Below are positions 52,591 to 64,000 of a stretch of 64,000 nt of DNA, piece by piece. Each line of letters opens with the position of its first letter. The stretch's first letter is position 1. Under the pieces are notes generated by a model, which did no database searches, had not been told where the DNA came from, and saw only the letters and a program-made list of their open reading frames with translations. Position numbers and translations under genes: made by a program. Source of the stretch: Mobula hypostoma (Eukaryota); NCBI RefSeq assembly GCF_963921235.1, contig NC_086107.1, forward strand, positions 98,706,001-98,770,000, read 5' to 3'.

Positions 52591-52873
52591 AATTGAGTAT
52601 TACCCAGAGAGTAGTTAGAACGTTGTACTCAATGCCACAAGTATTTGAGGCAGATATCACTGATGGATAAAGCACTTGATGGGTTATACATAGAAGGTCA
52701 GAAGGAAGTCTACGTGGACATTAAATGTCGACAAAGCAGAATGAAGTCTGAATATTTGTACTTGTCCTGCGGTCAGTGTCCTGTTGCTGGCTGTCTGTTT
52801 GCTTCCTGCAGGATCTCTCTGAATTGTTTAGTGTTGGCAGTGTCATTTCTAACTTTCATGTTTTATTGCCCAG

Positions 52874-53013
52874 CAGAGTGACTCCCCAGTGGCAGCTGAC
52901 GAGAGGCCCCAGCGGAACACACTGAGCAGCACATGTGCAATTTGCAACAAGCACGTTCACTTGGTGCAACGATACTTGGTGGATGGAAAACTTTACCATC
53001 GCAACTGCTTTAG
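52874..53013 (+). CDS. MICALL1: MICAL-like protein 1, coding exon 5 (LIM domain, first zinc finger)
   Basis: CAGCAG acceptor; [46 protein letters not shown](R); GTAATG donor, phase 2. Confidence 0.9.
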
Positions 53014-54784
53014 GTAATGGGAAATGACAGGAAGCGTTGCAGTAACAGTAATGCTTTTTTGAGCAAGGCTGCTTCCTGTAGTGAAATTGGCCGCAATACC
53101 AATCCATTGTTAACAACGTTTACAGATCATAAACCTCACTGACATGTTACTGGGATAGGGTGACGTTGGCTTTGCTTTTCCTCTTACAGAAGGAGGTGGC
53201 ATTTCTCCTTGAATCACTCCAGTCCACGAACCAATGCCATTGCCACAAAGTAGTCATTTATGAACTCCTAGGATCCCGATCTTGCCACAGTAGGGGATGG
53301 TGATGTTGGGATGGTGTTGTGATTTGGAGCTGGTATTGCTTCTTAATTGTTTCCCCTCTTGGTGAACGAGGTGCTATTGAGAACCTGTGAAGGGTTGTAT
53401 TATGTCCTTTAAATTGTAGACCACAAGATATAGGAGCAAAATTAGGCTATTTGGCCCATCAAGTCTGCTCTGCCATTTCATTATGGCTGATTCATTTTCC
53501 CTTTCAGCCCCAATCTCCTACCTTCTCCCCGAATCCCTTCATGCCCTGACTAATTAAGAACCTATTCAATTCAATTAAATTTTAATTGTAATTCGACCAT
53601 ACATGAATACAGCCAAACAAGACAGAGTTACTTCGGGCCCAAGGTACAAAACACAATACCAACAGTCACACACAACACAAGGCGCACATAGCATGTATAA
53701 GGTAGCAAGCTCATAAAAACATCAGTAAGATACAGCCGTGCAATAAAGTCCAGACATGAACCATGAATGCCACAGAAATCTGCAATCAACCCACAATAGA
53801 GCTTGTCTTTTGCTGAGTGAACACTGTGGGGGGGAGAGGGGAGTGGGATGGAGGGCAGCCTGGACGCCGCTTCACGGCGGCTTCAACACGTCTGTCCTGG
53901 CAGCTGTAAACAAGCGACACCGTGGCTTGAAACTTAGTCCTCGCACGTATAAGATAGCAAGCAAATATAGGATATTGGTAAAATACTACCAAACTAAATA
54001 TCAACCTCTGCTTTAAATATACCCAGTGCCACAGTTGCATATGGCAACAAATTCCACAGATTCACTATTCTCTGGCTAAAGAAATCTTCCTCATCTCTGT
54101 TCTAAAAGGATTATTCTGAGGCGGAGGCGGTGTCCTCTGGTCTTTGACTCCCACACCATAGGAAGCATTGCACCAGTAGTGGAGGGGAAGGGTGAGAGTC
54201 CAGCAGCAACACTAGTCAATCTGCTGTGCTGTGTTTAGCATGGAGCTGCAGGAACATCAACTACAGTTGCATCACTCTGAGTGTCCTACACAACGGACTC
54301 CTGACTTGAGCATTGACCCGTTTTGAGAGGTCACTTGATGAGCCACCTGTTTGAGAGTATGCAGCTTCTGATTGCTGTTGTGACTGGTGTTGATCTAGCT
54401 GGTCCAATTAGAGTTCTGATTTTCAGTGGAGAGAAAAGTGACCCCCCTCTGTATAGGTATTCATTCATATTGTGGCTCATTTTTTTTCTTGTTGGGTCAT
54501 AACTTTGCCAACAATGTTATTCAGCTCATGTATTGTCAGTGAAATTGTAATTGGGGGTGAATTGTAAACTTATCTTATGAAACACCTGAAAATTGTGGAG
54601 TTGTGGACAGTGAGGAAGGTACAGCAGGAAAATATGGCAGAAAATTTTCAGATGGAGTTTGACCTGGACCTCTGTGATTTGTTACACTCTGAGGAGGTCC
54701 ACTGTAAAGGGAAAGTGCACAGAAAATGGCAGAACCTTTAGGAACATCAATGTACAGGGGGGTCTCGGGGTACAAGTCCATAGC

Positions 54785-55355
54785 CAACATTCCCACTAAA
54801 TTTTTTTTACTGCTACATGGACCAACCATTGCTCTAAGCAGGATATTTTTCCATGGCCTGAAAACTGCATGGCACCTGTTTTTTTTTGTAATATGCACAT
54901 CAGACAAACACAAGCCTCAACTCACAACACAAGTAAACAACATCAGCCTGTCAAAGCAATTGGCAGGCACAATTGCAGAAGTAATATGTTTTTACTGGAC
55001 GGTGTTGGCGTTCAGCAAGCTGGCAGTTTATTAACAATAAACTACCGTCTTCCATTCTGTGTTTATTGTTACAATTTGTAACAATGTTGTAACTTGAAAC
55101 AATGACAACATAAATATATTGAAGCTTTAAAATGTTTCAAAGTAAAGGTTTGGTATGTTTATTATTTAGAAAATTTATGGAGTATATCCATTAACACAAT
55201 TAATTACAGGATATTTAACAATTATATTAACATAGATTTCAAAATTATATTAACATATAAAAGAAAATTTCAGCTAACAACAACAAAGGCTGTATGTGTG
55301 GGAGCATTTCAGTTACTGCTCAGCCATGCACCTGCACAGCTTAGAGGGAACAGTG
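54785..55355. mobile_element. hAT-type MITE inserted in a CR1 remnant
   Basis: Imperfect TIR CAACATTCCCACTAA / TTAGAGGGAACAGTG; perfect 8-bp TSD TCCATAGC (54777-54784, 55356-55363). Confidence 0.85.
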
Positions 55356-56244
55356 TCCATAGCTCACTGAAAGTGACAGCACAAGTGGATCAGGTGGTAA
55401 AGAAGACATACAACATTCTTGCTGTCATTGATCAGGGCATTAAGTTTAAGTTGGCATATCACGTGCAGCTGTATACAAGTTTGATCATAAGATACAAGAG
55501 CAGAATTAGGCCATTTGGCCCAGCGCGTCTCCTCCGTCATTTCATCATGGCTGATCCAATTTTCCTCTCATTCGCAGTCTTCTGCCTTAAAAATGCATAA
55601 AGACTTGGCCTCCACAGCTGCCTGTGGCAAAGAATTCCACAGAATCACCACTCTGGCTAAAGAAATTCCTCCTCATCTCCGTTCTAAAAGGGCACCCCTC
55701 TGTTCTGAGGCTGTGTCCTCTGGTCTTCGACTCTTCCCCCAAAGGAAACATCCTCTTCTCGTCCACTCTATCAAGGCCTTTCACCATTCAATAGGTTTCA
55801 ATGAGGTCACCCCTCATTCTTCTAAATCAATTGCTCTTCATATGACAAGCCATTCAATCCTGGAGTCATTTTCGTGAACCATGGTATGCCACATTTGAAG
55901 CAGCATGTGCAGGAATGATCGCTTTAATACAGGAAGGATCTGGAAACTTTGAAGGGGGTGCAGGAGGGTCCACCAGGATGTTGTCTGGATTAGAGAGTAT
56001 TAGCTATGAGGAGAGGTTGCACAAACTGGATTGTTTTCTCTAAAGCAGCAGAAGCTGAAGTGCAATCTGATAGAAGTGTATACATTTATGAAAGGCATAG
56101 AATACATATTTTTCCTAGAGTGGAAATGTCAAGTACTAGAGGGATTAGCTTTGTGGTGAGAGGGGAAAGTTTAAAGCAGATATGTGAAGTACATTTTTTT
56201 TAACACTGTGGCCAGGGCAAGTGATGAAAGCAACTGCTATAGAT

Positions 56245-58440
56245 GTCACCATCTCTGAGGTTCTATCCTGGGCCCAACATATTGATGCAATCACTATTAA
56301 GGCATGCCAGCAGCTGTATTTTATTAGCAGTCTGAGGAGATTTGGTATGTCGCCAAAGCCTAGCAAATTTTCTGCAGATGTGTGCGAAGGTCGTTCTGAG
56401 TGGTTGCATCACTGCCTTGTTCGGAAAGTTCAATGCACAGGATCCAAAAACAAAACTGCAGAGGGTTGTGGATTCAGCTAGTTCCATCATGATCACCAGA
56501 GTCCCCACCACTGAGGACATCTTCGTTAGGCAATGCGTCAAGAAGACAGCATCCATCATTAATGACCTTCACCACCCCCCCCCCCCCCCCCAGGATATGC
56601 CATCCTCTCATTGATACCATCAGGGGTTAATGACTGTCACTACCCAGGACATGCCATCCTCTCATTGATACCATCAGAGGTTAGTGACCTTCACCCCCCA
56701 GGACATGCCATCCTCTCATTGATACTATCAGGGGTTAATGACTGTCACTACCCAGGACATGCCATCCTCTCATTGATACCATCAGGGGTTAATGACCTTC
56801 ACCCCCCAGGACATGCCATCCTCTCATTGATACCATCAGGGGTTAATGACTGTCACTACCCAGGACATGCCATCCTCTCATTGATACCATCAGAGGTTAG
56901 TGACCTTCACCCCCCAGGACATGCCATCCTCTCATTGATACCATCAGGGGTTAATGACTGTCACTACCCAGGACATGCCATCCTCTCATTGATACCATCA
57001 GGGGTTAATGACCTTCACCCCCCCAGGACATGCCATCCTCTCATTGATACCATCAGGGGTTAATGACCTTCACCCCCCCAGGACATGCCATCCTCTCATT
57101 GATACCATCAGGGGTTAATGACTGTCACTACCCAGGACATGCCATCCTCTCATTGATACCATCAGAGGTTAGTGACCTTCACCCCCCAGGACATGCCATC
57201 CTCTCATTGATACCATCAGGGGTTAATGACTGTCACTACCCAGGACATGCCATCCTCTCATTGATACCATCAGGGGTTAATGACCTTCACCCCCCAGGAC
57301 ATGCCATCCTCTCATTGATACCATCAGGGGTTAATGACTGTCACTACCCAGGACATGCCATCCTCTCATTGATACCATCAGAGGTTAGTGACCTTCACCC
57401 CCCAGGACATGCCATCCTCTCATTGATACCATCAGGGGTTAATGACTGTCACTACCCAGGACATGCCATCCTCTCATTGATACCATCAGGGGTTAATGAC
57501 CTTCACCCCCCCAGGACATGCCATCCTCTCATTGATACCATCAGGGGTTAATGACCTTCACCCCCCCAGGACATGCCATCCTCTCATTGATACCATCAGG
57601 GGTTAATGACCTTCACCCCCCCAGGACATGCCATCCTCTCATTGATACCATCAGGGGTTAATGACTGTCACTACCCAGGACATGCCACCCTCTCATTGAT
57701 ACCATCAGAGGTTAGTGACCTTCACCCCCCAGGACATGCCACCCTCTCATTGATACTATCAGAGGTTAGTGACCTTCACCCCCCAGGACATGCCATCCTC
57801 TCATTGCCACCATCAGAGGTTAGTGACCTTCACCCCCCAGGACATGCCATCCTCTCATTGATACCATCAGGGGTTAGTGACCTTCACCCCCCAGGACATG
57901 CCACCCTCTCATTGATACTATCAGAGGTTAGTGACCTTCACCCCCCAGGACATGCCATCCTCTCATTGCCACCATCAGAGGTTAGTGACCTTCACCCCCC
58001 AGGACATGCCATCCTCTCATTGATACCATCAGAGGTTAGTGACCTTCACCCCCCAGGACATGCCACCCTCTCATTGATACCATCAGAGGTTAGTGACCTT
58101 CACCCCCCAGGACATGCCATCCTCTCATTGCCACCATCAGAGGTTAGTGACCTTCACCCCCCAGGACATGCCACCCTCTCACTGCCACCATCAGGGATGA
58201 GGTATGGAGCCTGAAGACACACACACACCAGACATTTCAGAAGCAGCCTTTTTCTCTCCGTCATCATATTTCTGAATGGTCCATGAACTCTACCTCACTA
58301 ATTTGCTCTCCTGTCAAGCTATTTAGTTACTTGTTTGTTTATATCTTATTGCAGTCTATAGTAATTTTTTGTGTCTTGCACCGTTCTTCCACTGCAAAAC
58401 AAATCTGACAACATATGTCAGTGATAATAAACTCGGTTCT
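56245..58440 (+). mobile_element. Rex1/Babar-type LINE 3' fragment hosting the 54-bp array
   Basis: TISEVLSWAQHIDAITIKACQQLYFISSLRRFG before the array; PSGMRYG and the 3' tail after it. Confidence 0.75.
56561..58199. repeat. 54/55-bp tandem array, 30 units, with higher-order structure
   Basis: Unit AATGACCTTCACCCCCCAGGACATGCCATCCTCTCATTGATACCATCAGGGGTT alternates with the variant AATGACTGTCACTACCCAGG... Confidence 0.97.
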
Positions 58441-60053
58441 TATTTGGTTAACAATATTTAAGAGGCACTTAGTCAGGTACGTAAGAGGTTGTGTGTCGGA
58501 GGATGAGATTAGTCTAAGTTGGCATGGTTGACAAAGACATTACGGGCCGAAGGCCAGTTCCTGTGCTGTACTGTTCCACATTCTCTGTTGAATGGCTGGC
58601 TGAGACTGCATCACTGCAGCAGGACCCTTGCGCTGTGATGACTGGCCAAACAGCGCATTGTCACGTGAATCCAACGCTGGGCGAGTTGACCTCTTGACCC
58701 ACTCCACCAACCCACTTGGTCTCAGCTTTGGACTGAGACCCAACCTCTGTCACGTGTGTCCGTAATGAAATCAAGCAACCCCATCCTATCTCCTGATTTG
58801 GGCTGAGAAAGTGTGACCAAAGTCACCTTGGAGTGCAAATAGGCTGACTGATAAATGAGGTTATATTAACATTGATTTGGCCATTTTTCAAACTTGGTCT
58901 GAGGTAAAAACCTTCTACCTTTGATGCTTAGCTAAACAAACAATCAGGATTATTAGCTTGGGAATATTGGACACATGAAAATGTAAAAATAATAATGGTT
59001 CAATGGTTCCATTTAATATGAGAGAATGTATAGAGTATACAACCTGAAATTCTTACTCTTCACAGACATTCTCGAGGCAGAAGAAAAACCCCGAAGAATG
59101 AATGACACAAAAATTGTTAGAACCCCAAAGCCTCCTGCCTCCCTCCCATGCACAAGCAGCCTCCTCCACCCCAACTTATTCTTACAGAGAGCATCAGCAC
59201 ACCCACCACCCACCACCTACCTTGCAAGCAAGAGTAAAGCTCTAAAGAGAGACCATAGTCTACAGTCCATCAAAAACTACTGTTTGTTCCAAAAGTCTTG
59301 ACATCCCTCGGGCTCTCTCACTCTCGCTAACAAGGGAGAGAAAGATATCCACTGCGAGCGGGGAGACAAGCAGTCACTATTTCGATGTTACAGTCTGTAG
59401 CACCACTTTTATTTCGAGTTCCCCCGACTCAATAATCAGCAGCAAACTCACCATCAAGAGAGAGAGAGAGAGAACACGATCCCCCGAGTACAGAAGCCTT
59501 GGACAGCCCCACTCACCATCTCGATGTGCCGGCTCCCCGCAACCCTTCAGTTCATGAGACTGGTGAGAAATCGGGTCCACACAGCCACTCTAGGCTGCAC
59601 CCCGAACACACCTGTCTTCCAGGACGCTCCTGGAGGTGTCGAAAACATGGCCGATTGGCGAGCGCCAAGAATGGGAACATGCCCGCCATGCAGAGCTACA
59701 GTTTGAGTGCAGCTGTAGATCACGGACTCCTCTGACAGGACCCCAGCCAGCTTGAAAAGGAAAATAGGGACATTAGAAAAAGAATTTAAACCGTTCTGCT
59801 GATGGGCTGGGGAAGTTGCCCTATGGTACCATTCTTAGCTCTGCCCACAGTTTCCTCAGCTTAAACCGTTCCTTCTACCATTCTAGGACTACCGTTAACG
59901 TTACTGACACGATTTTAGTGGGGTGAGGTTCGAACCGCATCAGATTCATTGATTTTGGAATAATTGTATCTTTGCCAGAGTTATGTAATGTCCTACTTGC
60001 TCACCCCTGATCTGCCGTGTTGATCTGATTATTTCTGTCCTGTTTTCCTTCAG

Positions 60054-60883
60054 GTGTAAGGAGTGTTCTAGCACTTTGCTCCCTGGAGCCTACAAGCCAG
60101 GTGCCCATTCAGGCACTTTCGTATGTACACACCATCGAGGACGGGTCGCTGGGCAGCCGCAGCGACCTGTGTCCGGTCCGAGCCTGCCGTCGTACCATGG
60201 ATCTCTACCAGCTCAGATAGTTTCATCAGCTAGTCCACGGACACCGCATCATTCCCAGGTGCCGACAGAAGCATCCGATAACTATGGTCCCAGCCCGATG
60301 AAAAGAGCGGAGCTAAATGCGGAGGAAAGTGGTGAGAAGTCATGCAGTCCAGGGAGCGGCCTTTCACCCTCAGTGCCTTCTGAGCACTATCATCCCAGTA
60401 CTGACAAAATCCCAAAACTTTCCAACAGCACAGACTTAAAGGAAACATCAAAACCTAGTGTGGAGTCTCAAATGCCAGAGGCAACGCGGAGGTCAGCGGA
60501 CCAGTCTGTTTGCAAAGATCAAACTGAGAATGGTATCAGTAAGCAGCCTGAATCAGGGACACAGCCTGACCTGCTTATTTCCCCGAATGAGCAGCAGCTG
60601 GCAGTAGTGATGGAGACGGACATCGCTGCCGAGAGCACCAACACCTCAGAGCCGCCCGCCAGATGCAACGACCAAACCCCAGACACAAGCCACACAAAAG
60701 TGAGCAAAGAAGCTGCTGAAGAGCAGCTGAAAACTCTTCCTGTTCCCGTTCCAAGGAAAACCGTTGACTCTGCAACGTCACCCGTGGCAACACCACGCCC
60801 CGTACCTCGGCCGCGAGTCAGCTTTGGCGGTGGGACGAGTGAAACCTCTGTCCAGAGATCGGAGACTGGCGAACTTGCAAATG
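60054..60883 (+). CDS. MICALL1: MICAL-like protein 1, coding exon 6 (LIM second finger + Pro/Ser-rich region); gene continues beyond window
   Basis: Strong polypyrimidine + CAG acceptor; (R)CKECSSTLLPGAYKPGAHSGTFVCTHH...PVPVPRK...PRPVPRPR...ELAN(G); overlaps ORF 60076-60891. Probable donor GTACAT at 60884. QRYL, STLLPGAY and DFDSLSK favour MICALL1 over MICALL2. Confidence 0.8.
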
Positions 60884-61056
60884 GTACATAATGCTCCTGT
60901 ATTAATGGCCAGATGTGTTATCGCAGCACTGTTAGCATGGGCTTTTGTCTTCGTGCAGCTCGGAGTGAGGTAAAGAGAGGATGGCAGGCTGAAAGTTGAG
61001 TGCTGGATGTCTGTACACGAGCTCAGCAAAAGTGGCTTTGCGGGGGAGTTAGAATT

Positions 61057-61279
61057 AAGCAACACACGTAAAAGTTGCTGGTGAACGCAGCAGGCCAGGC
61101 AGCATCTATAGGAAGAGGTACAGTCAACGTTTCGGGCAGAGTCCCTTCATCAGGACGAAGGGTCTTGGCCCGAAACGTCGAATGTACCTCTTCCTATAGA
61201 TGCTGCCTGCACTGCTGCGATCACCAGCATTTCTTATGTGTTGCTTGAATTTCCAGCATCTGCAGATTTCCTCGTGCTT
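61057..61279. mobile_element. Palindromic Penelope-like derivative with back-to-back hammerhead motifs
   Basis: 61057-61246 is a long inverted repeat; flanking direct repeat GAGTTAGA(A/G)TTAA (61046-61058, 61280-61292). Confidence 0.8.
61121..61156 (-). ncRNA. Minimal type-I hammerhead ribozyme motif (core boxes intact, GUU triplet, 3-bp stem I)
   Basis: Minus strand reads GTC-CTGATGA-A-GGGACTCTGCCC-GAAA-CG-TT^GAC. Confidence 0.6.
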
Positions 61280-61573
61280 GAGTTAGAGTTAAAGTTGGGA
61301 GTGTTTAGGGGCTGGTTGAAAGAAGTCACCATTGCTAATGTTGTAAAGAAGGGAGTGCAAACATAAGATACTGTAGTTAGATTTAATGTGGTGAGACTAA
61401 TAAATTTAATAAATGCCAGGCCAGAGTGAGTGTAAAGGATAAATATAATGTCTGAAAGCCATCTAGGAGCTGAGGGTGAAGGGGCAACCCTCCTCTCCTC
61501 CTTGCTCCATCAGTTTCTCAATTGCCACCCTCACCTTCCCTCCCCTAGCTTGTGTAACCCGTACATCCTCTTT

Positions 61574-62066
61574 CACTCTTCCTCAGTTCACCAGTCACCT
61601 CAGGCTCCTGTCTCAGCACTCCACTCTTCACTCTTCCTCAGCTCACCAGTCACCTCAGGCTCCTGTCTCAGCACTCCACTCTTCACTCTTCCTCAGCTCA
61701 CCAGTCACCTCAGGCTCCTGTCTCCACACTCCATTCTTCAGTCTTCCTCAGCTCACCAGTCACCTCAGGCTCCTGTCTCCACACTTCACTCTTCCTCAGC
61801 TCACCAGTCACCTCAGGCTCCTGTCTCAGCACACCACTCTTCACTCTTCCTCAGCTCACCAGTCACCTCAGGCTCCTGTCTCAGCACTCCACTCTTCACT
61901 CTTCCTCAGCTCACCAGTCACCTCAGGCTCCTGTCTCCACACTCCACTCTTCACTCTTCCTCAGCTCACCAGTCACCTCAGGCTCCTGTCTCAGCACTCC
62001 ACTCTTCATTCTTCCTCAGCTTACCAGTCACCTTCAGGCTCCTGTCTCAGCACTCCACTCTTCACT
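61574..62066. repeat. 55-bp pyrimidine-rich minisatellite, ~9 units
   Basis: Unit CACTCTTCCTCAGCTCACCAGTCACCTCAGGCTCCTGTCTCAGCACTCCACTCTT; one unit is shortened to 48 bp. Confidence 0.95.
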
Positions 62067-63479
62067 TTGTGCTCGCTGCCTCCCCTCTCCACTCTCAGTC
62101 CTGACACAGGGTTTCGATCCAAGATGTTAGCAGTTCCACTCACCAGCCCCTCAAATGGTGCCTGACTCTGAGTTCCTCCAGTTGGTCCAGATGTTTGCAT
62201 CTGCAGTCCCTTGGGCCTCCAACTTTTCACGTCGACCTGGAACAAGTTTTGCCCTTTATTGAACTTTTTACCATTGCTGGAAGCACTGAGGCTAATCTCC
62301 CAAACAGTGCTGAAGGAAGCTGCTGGCAATCAAATCTGAAGAAAACAACTGGCAATCAGCCATTTGGCCAAAAGGAAGTCCTCCAAATCTGGGGCTTGCT
62401 GACAGATGGCATTATGCCTGTCTCTATGCTTTGTTGCTATACTTCAAAGACCAGTCTCGATAAAGTTTTTTCATATCACACTGGGAAAATTACCTTGTAT
62501 AGGAGTGGATCCCTGTGCATTTTAATCAGAATTTTTAGCAGATCAGGAGGCAAAGGAGAAAGCAAATTTTTCTATAATTTCAAAAAATTATTTCTTAATG
62601 TCTTGATATGCTTACATTGCAGCCTGTGATAGGAGCCATAGCTCTACCTTCTGTCAAACCCTGTCAATGTATTTCCACAGTAGGACGTCATTGCCTGAGG
62701 CCCAGTTGTCTCGACAATGTTGCACCCAATTCCAATGGACAGAGAGACAGTGAGACTGTTCTGTCCTGTTGTTGAGTTAAGACGGCAGGCAGTGTTGGAA
62801 GCAGAACAGTTGGTTCCTGATATACTAAATGATTTTGCAGTAATCCCAGCAAAGAAGCAGGACATTACAGCTGAATGGTTCCTGCTGAGGATACAGTTAT
62901 CTCAGAGCAACTGTTTTCCAGGTGATCCTGGCAGTTTCAGAAAGTACTGGTTTATTAAGTTACAGTGAAAAATTTGTGTCGCCTACAGTTTATACGGAAC
63001 AAATCATCATACAGTGCATTGAGCTAGAATAAGATAAAACAATAGTTTTCCTATGTACAATACGCCACTGGCGTTTAGAGCAGAAAAAAAAGGTATCCAT
63101 CTCTGGTGGTGTTCAGGGCTTCCTTCATCACGTCAGTAGCTTCCTTTCAGTTTTCACTACTGTCAGCATGTAAGTCCCAGATTGAGACTCAGGAATACCA
63201 TCACACTCAGATGTAGAAGGAATCTTCATTGCTGTTTCTGTAACAATTTTGTTTTACCACTCAGGGTTGTTAGCCCTGAGCTGGAGCCCCTGAACCTGGA
63301 GGACCGCTAGACCACTCTCAGTCTGGCCTCAACCGCTTGCCTTGTTTGGCATGGGTGACCCTATCAAGAGCCAAAGCATTGAGCCCTGACTCCAGCCACC
63401 ATAGCTCTCCAGGGTCACTGAGGCACACAAGCCTCCAAACCCTACAAGATTGTGGTCCTTCTGGAGGAAAACAATAGCA

Positions 63480-64000
63480 AAACAGAATTAGTGTAAAATC
63501 TACTGAAAAAGTGCAGTGCAGGTAAACCAAAATAAGCAAGATCATAGAGAGGTCATTTATGAGACCAAGAGTCCGTATTATTGTACAAGAGCTCCATTCA
63601 AGAGTTTGATAACAGTGGGATAGAAGTTGTCCTTGAACCTGGTGGTACATGCTTTCAGGCTTTTGAATCTTCTGTCTGATGGGAGAGGAGAGAAGGGAGA
63701 ATGTCTGGGTGGGTGGGGTCTTTGGTTATGCTGGCTGCATGACTGAAGCCGTGAGAATTTTAGACGGAGTCAATAGGGGAGAGGCCAGTTCCTGTGATGT
63801 GCTCAGCTGTGTCCACAACTCTGCAGTTTCTTGCATTCAGTTGCCATACCAAACTATTATGCATCCAGACAGAATGCGTTCTACGGTGTATCAATAAAAA
63901 CTGGCCTGAGTTGAAGGAGATCTGCTAAATTCTTTAGTCTCCTCAGGCGTTGGTGAGCTTTCTTGGCTGTGACATTGACTAGGACAGGCTATTGGTAATG
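63480..64000 (-). mobile_element. Older Rex1/Babar-type LINE fragment (related copies ~4480-4980 and 7790-8270)
   Basis: Shared blocks such as GTGCAGTGCAGGTA and GTTTCC.TGATGTGCT.AGCTGTG; runs off the window end. Confidence 0.55.

Noticed and set aside
56561..58199. CRISPR-like appearance of the tandem arrays (also 51134-51304 and 61574-62066)
   Set aside because: No unique spacers, no cas genes, and a vertebrate intron context.
56611..58214. Repetitive His/Pro-rich ORFs (150-202 aa) suggesting a repeat protein
   Set aside because: The 54-bp unit is a multiple of 3 and derives from LINE ORF2. Frames break at C-run length changes, and there are no splice signals linking them to the gene.
611..60883. 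Assignment to MICAL1-3 or EHBP1/EHBP1L1
   Set aside because: The CH domain starts at the initiator Met (no monooxygenase or NT-C2 domain) and is followed by a LIM domain. MICALL2 is less likely than MICALL1 but needs phylogeny or synteny to exclude.
61448..62165. 218/229-aa Ser/Leu/His-rich ORFs as further MICALL1 exons
   Set aside because: They are translations of the 55-bp minisatellite with no MICAL-like motifs.

Overview
This is eukaryotic, vertebrate genomic DNA; the repeat landscape suggests a cartilaginous fish such as a ray, which is an inference. The window holds a CpG-island promoter and the first six coding exons (+ strand) of a MICAL-like gene, most likely MICALL1. The exons encode an N-terminal calponin-homology domain, a LIM domain and a Pro/Ser-rich linker. 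All splice sites are GT-AG and phase-compatible, and the gene continues past the window end. The introns are packed with transposable elements: Rex1/Babar-type and CR1 LINE fragments, a 5'-truncated L1 with a 17-bp target-site duplication (TSD), a near-intact Tigger/pogo transposon nested in a solo LTR, hAT and Tc1-type MITEs, tRNA-derived SINEs and three tandem arrays. The most notable signal is a family of short Penelope-like element (PLE) derivatives. Their terminal repeats carry a minimal type-I hammerhead ribozyme motif (CAGTC-CTGANGA-A-GGGTCTCGGCCC-GAAA-CG-TC-GACTG) that could fold only as a dimer. Some copies are ~220-bp palindromes with back-to-back hammerheads, one with its own TSD. 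Other unusual structures are a hAT MITE that captured a Tigger end (its empty site is visible 1.7 kb away), a composite Tc1 MITE built from two mini-hairpins, and a LINE-born 54-bp array with higher-order repeats. Repeat family names come from motif recognition by eye, not from database searches.
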